Assembly (NCBI RefSeq): GCF_009914755.1
Contig: NC_060929.1
DNA length: 64,000 bases
From: the human T2T-CHM13v2.0 reference genome, Homo sapiens
Strand: one strand, 5' to 3'
The notes under the pieces were generated by a model. It saw nothing but the letters and a program-made list of their open reading frames with translations, was not told where the DNA came from and ran no database searches. Shown piece after piece: positions 14,311 to 27,868 of the stretch; positions within the stretch are counted from its first letter, which is position 1; each line of letters begins with the position of its first letter. A program made the translations under genes and the position numbers.

Positions 14311-14991
14311 TTACTCTTGACAGTATGGATTATATGGAGAACCACTACTGCTTGTGTAGAGGTTGTATGAAGACAGACCCCAGGGTACAAGAGGACCTGT
14401 GGATGTTCCAGATGAGGAGTGCACAGCCCCAGAGTGAGGGACTCCATCATGTACAATGGATGGACTTCCTATTCAACCCACAATCATGACAAACAGAAAA
14501 TTGTGGTGGTTTTCAGTCACTACAGACTGAGATGGTTTGTTAAGCAGTGATAGTGTCTTTCAAAGAGCAGATATTTTAAATTTTGATGAAGTCCAATTTA
14601 TCAGCGTTTTCTTTTAGGGATCATGGTTTTGGTATCCTCTTTTATAAATATTTACCTGCATCAAGGTCATTCAGATTTTCTTACTTCAGAAGTTTTACAG
14701 TTTTGGCTTTACCATTTAGGTCTGTATTCCATTTCAAGTTGACATTTGTACACGGCATAAAGTAAAGTGGAGGCAGAGGTTTTTTAGTTTCAAATGTTTT
14801 CGTCTGAATATTCAACTGTTTCGGCACCATTTGTTGAAGAGAATATTCTTTCTCCATTGAACTACCTTGACAACTTTGTAAAAAAATTAAGTGGCCATAT
14901 ATGTATAGTTGAGTCTATTCCTGGACTCTGTATTTTGTTCCATGGATCTGTACATCTGCAACTGCCAACATCACACTATCCTGATTACTAA

Positions 14992-15289
<298 letters not shown>

Positions 15290-17461
15290 TAGAATCATTT
15301 TGTCAAGAAACTGAAGTATCCAGGAACAAACAAACAAAAGGTTGGTGGGATTTTTAATGAGATTGTGTTGAATCTATTGATCAATTTGGGAAAATTGCCA
15401 TCTTAGCAACATTGAGTTATCCATCCATGAGCATGGTATACAGATCATTTATTTAGGTTTTCTTTAATTTCCCTCAGCAATGTTTTATAATTTTCACTGC
15501 ATAGGTCTTACATAGGTTTTTCGAATTCTGTTCCTATTTCATGTTTTGATGCTGTTATAAATGATACTGCTTCTTAATTTCAATTTCCAGAAGTGTGTTG
15601 CTCGTATATAGAACTACAACTGATTTTATGTATTTACTTTGTAGGCATTAACCTTGCTAAATTCATTTATTAGTTCTAGTGACTTTTTTTGTAGATTCTT
15701 TAGGATTTTCCCCATTTCACAATCATAATACCTGTAAATAAGGAGCTTTATTTCTTCCTTCACCAGCAACACGTATGCCTTTCGTTGTTTGCATTTCCTC
15801 TTGTTCCACTGACTGTGACATCCTCTACAGAATGTTGGACAGAGTGCTGAGACTGGGCATCTTGTCTTGTTAACAATCTTGGGGATTGTTAGTACCCAGT
15901 GCCCAGTCTTGACATGAGCTGTGGGTTTTCACAGATGCCCTGAAAAAGGATGAGGGTGTTCCCTTCTATTGCTAGTTTACTGAGTAGTTTTTATCATTTT
16001 GGCCAAAAAGCTTGCTCGCGTCTATTGAGATTATCTTAAAATTTTCTTCTTAATCCTGTGAATATGGTGAATTGAATTGGTTCATATTCTGATTTTAAAC
16101 CAACCTTGTTTTTCTGGATAGGCCTCACTTAACCATACTACACGATTGATTTATTACCGAATTTAAATTGATAAATTTATGTTAAAGATGTTTGTGTCTA
16201 TGTTCATAAGAAATATTGGCCGTAGTTTCCCTTTCTTATAATGTCTTTGCCTGATTTCTAATGAGGATAATACTGTCTTTAAAACATGAGTTAGGAAGTA
16301 TTCCAAATTCTCTATTTCTAAGTAAAGAGTGAGTAGGGTTGGTATTATATCTTCCTTAAATGTTTGTTAGAGTTCATCAGGGAAGCTATCTGGAATGAGA
16401 ATTTTCTTTTTCAGAAAGATTTAAAGATTATGAATTTGAGTGCTTCATTAGATAGGTGTTATTCATCTTTTCTATTTCTTCCATCTAAAAACCTAAATTT
16501 TTTTAGTAATTTAGATATTTCCAGGAATTTGTCCGTTTTATCTAAGTTATTGATTTATTGGCATAAAATTGTTTATCATAATCCCTTTTATCCTTTTAAT
16601 ATCTATAGGATCTAGACTGATAGCCCTTGTTCACGTTTATAATATTGGTAATTTGTGTCTTCTTCCTTTTTCTTGATCACTTTGGCTAGAGGTGTATTTT
16701 GTTATTGATCTTTAGAAATAGCTGCCTTTTGAATTCATTGATTTTTTCCTATTATTTTTCTGTTTTCTATTTTTGTTGATTTCTGTCTTTATCATTTTCT
16801 TTTCTCTCCTTATTTTAGGTTTAATTTGCTCTTCTGTTCCTACTTCCTTAAGTAGGAAGTATAGACCATTGATTTTAGACCTGCCTCATGTAATACCACA
16901 AATTTCCTTCTAAGTTCTGCCATATCTACATTCCACAAATGGTGGCATGCTGATTTTTCATTTTCTTTCAGTTTTCAATGTACTTTCTCTTTTCCCATGT
17001 GGTTTCTTCTTTGATTACTGTGGCTTTTTTGTTATGTGTTAACTTCCAAATATTTGGAGAATTTCCAGTTAATTTTTATTATAACTTATTTGTGGTCACA
17101 ATACATACTCTGTATGATTTCAATCCTTTTATAGTCTGTGTTTATGACTGTTCAGGTGTATATTATAAGAAAAGGTTCTCTTGTTTTTGTGTGGAGTGTT
17201 CTATGAATGCCAGTTGACTCCATTGGTTGATAGTTTTGTTCAAGCTTCCTGTATCTTTGTGCTTTTCTGTTACTGTTATATGAATGACTGAAAGACCAAC
17301 TATAATTGTGGATTTGTTTATTTCACCTTTCAATACTGTTAGTCTTTGCTTCGTATATTTTGAAGCTATGTTATTAGGTACATATATATTTGAAATTATT
17401 CTGTCTTCCTGGTGAATCAACCTTTCCATCATTATGTTATGTCTCTCTTTTACTCTGGTAA

Positions 17462-17776
<315 letters not shown>

Positions 17777-18861
17777 TCTGGTAACATTTCTTGTTCTGAA
17801 GTCCACTTTGTCTGATATTCACATAGTCACTCCAGATTTCTTATGTTTAGTGTTTGCGTGGCATATTTTTCCATCCTTTTAATCTTTCTGTGGCTTTATA
17901 TTTGAAGAAGGTTTCTTGTATACAGCATAGAGTTGGATCTTGCTTTATTATCTAATCTTAAAATCTTTGTCTTTTAATAGGCATGTTTAGATCATCCATA
18001 TTTGATGTGTTAATATGGTTAGATTTAAATATACAACCTTGCTATTTGTTTTCTGTTGTCTTATCTGGTCTTTTGGTTTACTCTTTAACTGCAGTCTTCT
18101 AGATTAATTTAGTATTTTATCTCCACCATTGGCTCATCAGCTATACCTCTTTGTTTTAACTTTTTAGTATCTGCTATTAATATGTGTATTATTGGAAGAC
18201 ATTTTAAATAATACACTGCTTCACATATAATTGAAGACCTTTGCAGTATTACACTTCCACTTCCCTTTTCATCCTTTAAGCTAGTGCTTTCATACATTTC
18301 ACTCTTATATATGCTGTAGGCCCCACAATATATAATTTTTTTGTCTTGAACAAAGTCTTTTCAAGCGATTTTAAAAAAATTAAGAGGTTTTTGTATTTAT
18401 CTGTATGTTTGCCATTTCAAGCACTTTCATTGCTCTCTTGAGATTTGAGTTTCCTTCTTGTATCACTTTTCTGCCTTCTGAAGAAATTTTACTAATTTTT
18501 TTGCAGTGCAGAGCTGTTTGCAACTAATCTTTTGGATTTGATCTGTATAAAAAACTTTTTTATTTTACCTTCGTTTTGTAGGATTTTTCCCCTGATAAAT
18601 ATAGAATTCTAACTCAACAAGTTTTTATTTTGTTTGTATATTTATTTGCTTTTGAAATTTTGTCTTTATTACTGTTTTCCTGCAAATCAGTTATGATGTA
18701 CCTGTGTGTGAGAAATCACTGAGCTTCTTTGATTTATGGGTTTATACTTTTAATAAAATTTAGAAAACTAATAGTCATTATTTCCTTTTTATCATGACTT
18801 TATTGAATTATAATTGATATATAATAAACCACATAAATTTAAAGTGGACATTTTGCTGTTT

Positions 18862-18883
18862 TTATATATACACACATATATAT

Positions 18884-18917
<34 letters not shown>
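18862..18917. repeat. (TA)n/(CA)n microsatellite
   Basis: Directly visible. Confidence 0.95.
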
Positions 18918-21900
18918 CCTATGAAATTGCCACTGTATTTAAGATAGGAAACATAGTTATTATTCCCAAAAGCTTTTTCACTCCCTTTTGTAATCCCTAC
19001 ATCCCACCCCTACACATTTCATCCTCAGGCAACCCCTGTTCTACTTTCTGTTGCTGTAAGTTAGTTTGCATTTTCTGAAATTTTATACAAATAAAATCAT
19101 ACAGTTTCTTCTTTGGTTCCAATTATTTCACTCAGCATAACTATTTGAGGTTCACCTTTTTTTTTTGTTTTTATCAATCATTTACTTGTTTTTATTGCTG
19201 AATAGTATTCCATTGTATGGATATTTGTTTATCCATTCTCCTGTTGATAAATATTTGGGTTGTTTCTAGTTTGGAACTATTACAAATAAAGATGCTGTGA
19301 GCATTTGAGTACAAGTCTTGGTATGGATGTATGGCTTTCATTTTTGTTGGATAAATACTTATCAGTGGGAAGCTGGGTGATACATTTTGAAAGAAACGTT
19401 CAAACTCTTGTCCACAGGGGTTGGACCATTTTACATCCCCCAACCCAGACTGTGTATGAGAGTTTCAGTTCTTACATATTTTTGCCTACACTTAGTATGG
19501 TAAGACTTTTAGGTTTTAGGCATTCCAATACATATGCAGTGGCGTCTCGTTATGATTTTAATTTGCTTTCCCTTTGAACAATGACCTAGAACATCTGTGC
19601 ATGTGCTCATTTATCATCCACAAATCTTCCTGATGTGTTCAAATATTTTTCTCATTACAGTATTTTTCTTTGTTTTATTATTAATGGGTCTAGAGAGTTT
19701 TTATATATTGTGAATACAATTTCTTTATAAGATAAGTGATTTGCAAATATTTTGTACCATTCTGTGGCTGCTGTTTCATTGTTTTAACAATATTTCTCAA
19801 AGAGAAGTTTTTAATTTTTTATGTTCAATTTACCTTTTTAAAAAACAATCATGCTTTTGATGTTATATCTAAAAATATCTCTGCTTAATTCAAGGTTATG
19901 AATAGTTTCTCTTGTTTTCTTCAAGAAGTTTTATAGTTTATATTTTATAATTAGGTCTATAATCCATTGTGAGTTAATTTTTACATGGTATGAGGTATAG
20001 ATACGAGTTTTTTATTTTTATTTTTTTACCTATAGATGTAGAATTGTTCCATATCATTTGTTGTAAGACTATCCCTTCTCCACTGAATTGCCTTTGCAGC
20101 TTGGTGAAAAATTGATTGACCACATCTGTGTGCTTCTGTTTCTGGGCTGACTATTCATTGCATTGACCTATTTATTCATTTGGATGCAAGTCTTGACTAC
20201 TGTAGTTTTATAATATGTCTTAAGATCCGGTGACATTAGTTCTTAACCTTAGTTTTTCTTTTTGAAAGTTGTTCCAGTTTTTTGAGGTCCTTTTGATTTC
20301 CATATGAATCTTAGAATCAGTTTGTCAATTACTACAGAAAAAATTCTGCAATTTTGAGATTATGTTGGCACCGCGCACAAATTTTGGGAGAAATAACATC
20401 TTGACAATATTGAGTCTTTTGACCCCCTGTCATGGTACATCTCTCAGTTCATCTAGGCTTTCTTTAATTTCTCTCAACAATGTTTTGTAGTTTCCAATGT
20501 GTAAATCTTACCCATCTTTTGTCAGATTTATCATTAAATATTTAACATTTTGTGCTACTGAAAATGGTACTTAAAAATTTTTGTGAACTTGTGGAGAACG
20601 TATATTCTGCATCTGTCAGGTGTAGTGTTTTATAAATGTCAATTAGCTCAAGCTTGTGGATAATGATGTCATGTCTTCTATTTTTAACTGATATTTTTCT
20701 CTGATTGTCTTTACTGATGTGTTGTTCATATTGCGATATGGTTTACTTCTCCTAATTCTTTTTTCTTTTTACCTTTGCTTTTGGTGATTTGAAGCTCTGT
20801 TATTAGGTACACACATATTTAATTATGTCTTTCTGATGAGTTGAGCCTTTTAACATTATGAAATATCTCTATTTCTGGTAATACACTACGTTTTGAAGTC
20901 TGTTTTTTCCTGATATTAATAAACTCACTCTAGTCTTAGTTTTGCATGGTACATTTACTATCAACCTATTTGTGTCTTTATATTTAATATGGATCTTTTG
21001 TAGACAGTATATAGTTTTTTCTTGATTTTTCATTCTTTTTCTATCAGCCCATTTACCCCCATTCTTCATAGCACACTTTTAATGTGCCTTATATCTACAT
21101 TGATTACCTACCCTATAAGAGAATATAATAATTTTTGCTTAGCCCTATGTATTTTAAAGAAATTAATAGTAAATTAATAATCACTTCATTTACTATTTCT
21201 GAAGCTCTTTATTCCTTTCTGAAGTTCCCTGTTTCCATAAGGTATAATATATGTTCATCCTGAAGAATTTCCTTTAACATTCCTTACAGTACCTGTCTGC
21301 TGCACGTGAATAGTTTTTTAAATCTGAGTTTTTAAATCTTTGTTTTGCTTTCACTATGGAAGGATATTTTAATGATTTTAGAAATCTAGGCTGACAGTTT
21401 ATTTTCATTCTGCCCTTTAAAAATCTTGCTGCCCTGTCTTCTGGCATCTAAAAATGCTGGTGAGAAATCAGCAGTGATTTAAGTCTTCGTCTTGTGTGTG
21501 TCATGTGTCATTTTTACCTGGCTGTGCTCTCTTTTTATCTTGATCTTTGGTCTTTGGCAGCTTGATGTTAATCTTCCTAATTGTGGTTTTCTTAGAGTGT
21601 ATCCTGCTTGTAGGTTTTCTGAGATCCTTGAATCTGAAAATGTACATCTTTCACTACACTTGGGGACTTACCTGCTACTATATCTTCGGATTTTTTTTCT
21701 GCTACTTTTTTTTCTCATTTCTTCTTCTGGAGCTCCTATTACAGATATATAAGCCTTTTGATATTGTCCCATAGGTTCCTGAGATTCTGTTCATTTTTTT
21801 AAAAATTTCCCTCTTTCTTCTTTATATTGAGCAATTTCAAATGATCTGTCTTCCATTTTAATTCATTTGTCATTGCCGTTCTGCTGTTAAGCCAACCCGG

Positions 21901-23514
21901 TACATTTGTATTTTCAGATACTGTATTTTTCAATGTTAGTTTCTCACTGGGTTCTTTTTAGTAGTTTCTTTTTCTCTGCTAATATGTCCCATCTTTTTAT
22001 TTATTGTGAGTGTGTTTTCTTTGCTCTAAGCATAGCTGGAATGGCCGCCTTACAGCCCACATCTGCTGTCTCCGCACTGGCGCCTCAGGGCTTAGGTTGG
22101 TTGGTTGTCCTGTTCTTTGAGATTGGGTCACGTTTCTCTGTTCTTCATGTAGGACGTAGGAGCCTCTGGGGTGCACGTTCTCGCAGTGAATGCTGGTGGT
22201 TTCCCTTTGGTGCTGTCTGGTTGGGTCTGACTCACATGTGAACTCTGTCTCCTGGGTGGCAGCCTCTGTTTTGGTTCAGTTCAGTCCTTGGCTAAGCTGC
22301 TTTGGGTCACTCCACACCTGGTGATCCTGGTGTTAACCAGTGACGTGACATGGATAGAGCTTATGTACAGAATTTGGGGTTCCTCTTCATGTCTCTTCTC
22401 TTTTTAGGGCTCCCCCTTACCCTTCAGTGGATTTTCTGTCATAGTGTTTGCCACTCTGTGCTGTTCTAACCTCTGGCTCAAAGCTACAAAATGGGACAGT
22501 TCCCTGTGTATATCTCTTCTTACAAGGTTTACCTCCCATCCCCAATTTGCCAGCTTTTGTTCATTCTCCAAGATAGGTCATCAAAACATTAAAAAAAAAA
22601 AAAATTCTCAGGGATCTTGTCTAGTAGCAGCTTACACAGACACAGCCAAAGTGCAAAACTCCAAACTTATGTTTTTAAAAATGCCTGTTCTCTCTCCAGA
22701 TATCTTAATGCACTTCACAAATTTTTAAAAAACGGAATCAACTGTAACTCTTTCACTTTCACTTTTAGTTCTCATCTAAGATAAACTACCATATAAATTG
22801 AGTTGAAAATCCACACTGATGAACTATTTAATAGGAAACAATATGGGTACTTGCCTACAATTTAGGCTTTTTCTGATTTCCAGAAAGGCTACAAATGAAA
22901 ATGTTTGCTCAGACGTTTACTTTGTACCTGAAATAAGAAGGATGTGGTCCATCTGGTCACTGTGGCCCTGTTTGTGGTAGGGCTGGTGTCAGTATTCTAG
23001 CATCAGCGGTGACCTGGGTACTTTAACATGAATTATCTTCTTGTTTATTAACTCCATAAGGAAGTGTTAATCCCAGTTTTCAGAGGAGGACGTTGAATCT
23101 CTGCAGGTTGCACAACACACCCCCAGGTGTCGGAGGAGGCCAGGAACAGCACTGAGGTTGGAAACCAGGTTTATGCCTCGAAATCCTGTGCCCGTCCCAC
23201 CACAGGCACTACCTCTCAAACTTCCAGGTTCTAAATTTGTTGGTTTTGTTCACTGTATGACAGTTGTAGATAGAAATTTAAAAAACGGAAAAGGTTGCCA
23301 CAAAGCCCTCCTCATTTAATAAAATCTGTGACTCGAGTCTTCTCTTCTGAGCTGGGGTCGGAAGATGGCTCTTTCCCCAGGATGGAGCTCCTTTCAAGGG
23401 ACACAGCTGCGGTTCCAGGGTCTGCCCGAGTGAGCCTCAGGGTTGGGGGATTCTGTAGTTTGTAGTTTGCTCGTGTTTGCATGGAACTCATGGCAGAGTT
23501 TTCCCTTGGCCCGT

Positions 23515-23935
23515 GTACTCGCTGCTTAGGGCTATCGTAACAAATTACCACAAAGCGGGGGTCTTAAAACAACAGAAATATGTCGTCTCACAGTTCTGGA
23601 GGTCAGAAGTCTGAGATCAAGGTGTGGGCAGGGCTGGTTTCTTGAGGGCTCTAAGGGACGGTCTGACCCAGGCCTCTCCCAGCTCCCGCCGCCCCGCCAC
23701 CCGAGTTCGCGTGGCTGCTCTCCTGTGTCTGTGTCTACAGTTGCCCTCTTCTTTTTCGGATAAGGACCTCAGTCATGGGATTTAACGCCACCTTAAATCC
23801 AGGATGATCTCATCTCGAGATGCCCCTCCTAATTACAGCTACAAAGACCCTGTTTCCAAATAAGGTCACATTCACAGGTACCAGAAGTTAGGACTTGGAC
23901 ACATCTTTGTGGGGCCACTCCCCAACTCTACAGCC
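23515..23935 (-). mobile_element. MLT1-type MaLR LTR
   Basis: Contains AACAAATTACCACAAA...CTCACAGTTCTGGAGG...CCAAATAAGGTCACATTC. Confidence 0.8.
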
Positions 23936-24452
23936 ATCCAATCTCGTACAATTTGGGCAAAATCCATGACAGATGTTAGCGATGAAGTGTGGTCCCTGCT
24001 GGCTGTCCATGCCCCCTTTGCCACCTACTTCTCCTTGCTGTGGAGGGCAGAGCTAAGGCTCCCTCCTCGTGGCGCTGGGGAGTTCTGATGGCGGTCCAGG
24101 GCCCTCGCCACCATCACCTGAGCGCTCATGTTGCCCACACAGCCGGCCTCGCCGCCAAAGCCTTTCTCCCTCGGACTTCAGGTGGAGAGGCTGCTGCGGT
24201 CTCTCCCCCTCCCTCTGGGCTCTGGCCTCTCCTCCTTGTCTTGGCTGATGGCTCCCCCTCATCCAGCTCTGAATGTGGCTCCCTCCACGCCCCTTCCCTC
24301 TCTTCTCTGCACACCCTCGTCCTGTGTGCTCTGGACCACGCCTGTGCCTTACACACTGCTTGCCCATGGGTGACGCCTGCATCCGCGTCTGACCTCCTTC
24401 TGAGCTCAGATGCACACGTCTGGCAGTGATTTCATGCTTCCGCTTGGAGGTC

Positions 24453-24818
24453 TGTCTTAGTCTGCTCAGGCTGCTGAAGTAGAAGCCACCATAGGCTTGT
24501 GGCTTAAACAACAGACGCTTTTGCTCACAGTTCTAGAGCCTGGAAGTCCAAGCTCAAGGCATGGTAGATTTGCTGTCTGGTGAGGCTGTATCCTGGTTTA
24601 TATACGGCGCCTTCTCCCTGTGTCCTCATGTGGTGAAAGGGGCGCGGGAGCTCTCTGGGTCTCTGTTATAAGGACACTCATCCTATTCATGAAGGATTAG
24701 GCACCGAATCACCTCCCAAAGTCCCTGCCTTCTAATAGCATCACCTTAGGGGTAAGAATTTCAGCGTAGGAATTGGTGGGGGAGGGGGGCGGTAAGCGGG
24801 GCACAGTTCAGTACATAG
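24453..24818 (-). mobile_element. MLT1A/MST-type MaLR LTR
   Basis: Contains TGTCTTAGTCTGCTCAGGCTGCT...GCTCACAGTTCTAGAG...TTCAGTACATAG. Confidence 0.78.
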
Positions 24819-25157
24819 TGGGGTCTAACAGGCATTTCAAATCTACAGCATCCGTGGCTGCACTCCCATCATCCTTCCCAAGCCTACATCCCCTGCTCCC
24901 GGGACCACCCCAGGGAGGGCAGCCCATGCTGTGGCTGCTCAAGCCAAGACCTGGGTGCCCTCGGACTGCCCTGCCTCTGCCTCTCACCCTCACTCCCATT
25001 TACATTTCCTCATGGCCCAACCTTGTTTGAAAATGTAGGTTTTATTATTATTCAGGTATGGCAAGGCCAATGTGTCAGGAGATGATGCCCACTGACAAGA
25101 GAGTTTCTTCCCCACAGTGCCCAAGATGGGGGACTGGAGGGACAGCATACCACGCAT

Positions 25158-27308
25158 GGCCACACAGGCCACACAGGGCCACATGGGGTCACACGGGGTC
25201 ACACAGGGTCACACGGGGTCACAGAGTCACACAGGCCACACAGGGCCACACAAGCTACACAGGGCCACACAGGGCCACAGGGGGCCACACAGGGTCACAC
25301 AGGGTCACACAGGGTCACACAGGGCCACACATGGGGTCACACAGGGCCACACGGGGTCACACAGGGCCACACAGGGTCACACAGGCCACACAGAGCCACA
25401 CAGGGTCACACAGAGCCACACAGGGTCACACAGAGCCACACAGGGCCACACAGGGCCACACAGAGCCACACAGGGCCACACAGGGCCACACAGGGTCACA
25501 CAGGGCCACACAGAGCCACACAGGGTCACACAGAGCCACACAGGGTCACACAGGGCCACACAGGGTCACACAGAGCCACACAGAGCCACACGGGGCCACA
25601 CAGGGCCACACAGAGCCACACAGGGTCACACAGGGCCACACAGAGCCACACAGGGTCACACAGAGCCACACAGGGTCACACAGGGCCACACAGAGCCACA
25701 CAGGGTCACACAGGGCCACACAGGGCCACACAGGGCCACACAGAGCCACACAGGGCCACACAGGGCCACACAGGGCCACACAGGGTCACACAGGGCCACA
25801 CAGAGCCACACAGGGTCACACAGAGCCACACAGGGTCACACAGGGCCACACAGGGTCACACAGAGCCACACAGAGCCACACGGGGCCACACAGGGCCACA
25901 CAGAGCCACACAGGGTCACACAGGGCCACACAGAGCCACACAGGGTCACACAGAGCCACACAGGGTCACACAGGGCCACACAGAGCCACACAGGGTCACA
26001 CAGGGCCACACAGGGTCACACAGGGCCACACAGAGCCACACGGGGCCACACAGGGTCACACAGAGCCACACGGGGTCACACAGAGCCACACAGGGCCACA
26101 CAGAGCCACACAGGGTCACACAGGGCCACACAGGGTCACACAGGGCCACACAGAGCCACACAGGGCCACACAGGGTCACACAGGGCCACACAGGGTCACA
26201 CAGGGTCACACAGGGTCACACAGAGCCACACGGGGTCACACAGAGCCACACGGGGTCACACAGGGCCACACAGGGTCACACAGGGCCACACAGAGCCACA
26301 CAGGGCCACACAGGGTCACACAGGGCCACACAGGGTCACACAGGGTCACACAGAGCCACATGGGGTCACACAGAGCCACACAGGGTCACACAGGGCCACA
26401 CAGGGCCACACAGGGCCACACAGAGCCACACAGGGTCACACAGGGCCACACAGAGCCACACAGGGCCACACAGAGCCACACAGGGTCACACAGGGCCACA
26501 CAGAGCCACACAGGGTCACACAGGGCCACACAGAGCCACACAGGGTCACACAGGGTCACACAGGGCCACACAGGGTCACACAGGGCCACACAGGGTCACA
26601 CAGAGCCACACGGGGTCACACAGAGCCACACGGGGTCACACAGGGCCACACAGGGTCACACAGGGCCACACAGGGCCACACAGGGCCACACAGAGCCACA
26701 CGGGGCCACACAGGGTCACACAGAGCCACACGGGGTCACACAGAGCCACACGGGGTCACACAGGGCCACACAGGGTCACACAGGGCCACACAGAGCCACA
26801 CAGGGTCACACAGAGCCACACAGGGTCACACAGGGCCACACAGAGCCACACAGGGTCACACAGAGCCACACAGGGTCACACAGAGCCACACGGGGTCACA
26901 CAGGGCCACACAGGGTCACACAGGGCCACACAGGGCCACACAGGGCCACACAGAGCCACACGGGGCCACACAGGGTCACACAGAGCCACACGGGGTCACA
27001 CAGAGCCACACAGGGCCACACAGAGCCACACAGGGTCACACAGGGCCACACAGGGTCACACAGGGCCACACAGAGCCACACAGGGTCACACAGAGCCACA
27101 CAGGGTCACACAGGGCCACACAGAGCCACACAGGGTCACACAGAGCCACACAGGGTCACACAGGGCCACACAGAGCCACACAGGGTCACACAGAGCCACA
27201 CAGGGTCACACAGGGCCACACAGGGCCACACAGGGTCACACAGGGCCACACAGGGTCACACAGGGTCACACAGGGCCACACAGGGCCACACAGGGCTTCA
27301 CGGGGCCA
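25158..27308. repeat. 10-bp minisatellite C[A/G]G[G/A]G[T/C]CACA, about 2.15 kb (~210 units)
   Basis: Directly visible; perfect 10-bp register from ~25391 to 27290. Confidence 0.98.
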
Positions 27309-27515
27309 TGTGGGAAGAACCCGTCAGGAGGCATTTCAGCTGGACAGGGCAAGCAGGCTTAGGGTTGGCTCACTGGATTAGTCTGTGGTTCCATGGGCTC
27401 CAGGGCACATGTAGAAGCTGCCCCCTGCTGTCCAATACCTGGCCCTGGGGTGGGCAGGGCAGGTGGAGAGCGGGAGGCAAGAGCACCCTGGCCTGTTTGG
27501 TTTCCACATGGAAAG

Positions 27516-27868
27516 TGATGTGGTTTGTCTGTGTCCCCACCCAAATCCCACCTTGAATTGTAATAATCCCCACATGTCAAGGGTGGGGCCAGGTGGAGAT
27601 ACTGAGTCATGGGGACAGCCTCCCCCATACTGTTCTCATGGTAGTGAATAAGTCTCACGAGATCTGATGGTTTTATGAATGGGAGTTCGCCTGTACAAAC
27701 TCTCTTGCCTGCCGCCATGTAAGATAGGATTTTGCTCCTCGTTCGCCTTCCACCGTGTGTGAGGCCTCCTCAGCCACGTGGACCTCTTTAAACCATTAAA
27801 CCTCTTTCCTGTGTAAATTACCCAGGCTCGGGCCTGTCTTTCTCAGCACATGAGAACAGACTAATATG
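27516..27868 (+). mobile_element. THE1 solo LTR
   Basis: Runs from TGATGTGGTTTGTCTGTGTCCCCACCCAAATC to GAACAGACTAATA; near-TSD GAAAG/GAAGG. Confidence 0.9.

Noticed and set aside
25058-27556. 832-aa and 754-aa ORFs as genuine protein genes
   Set aside because: They are entirely the product of a stop-free 10-bp minisatellite inside an LTR, with no domain, splice or codon evidence.
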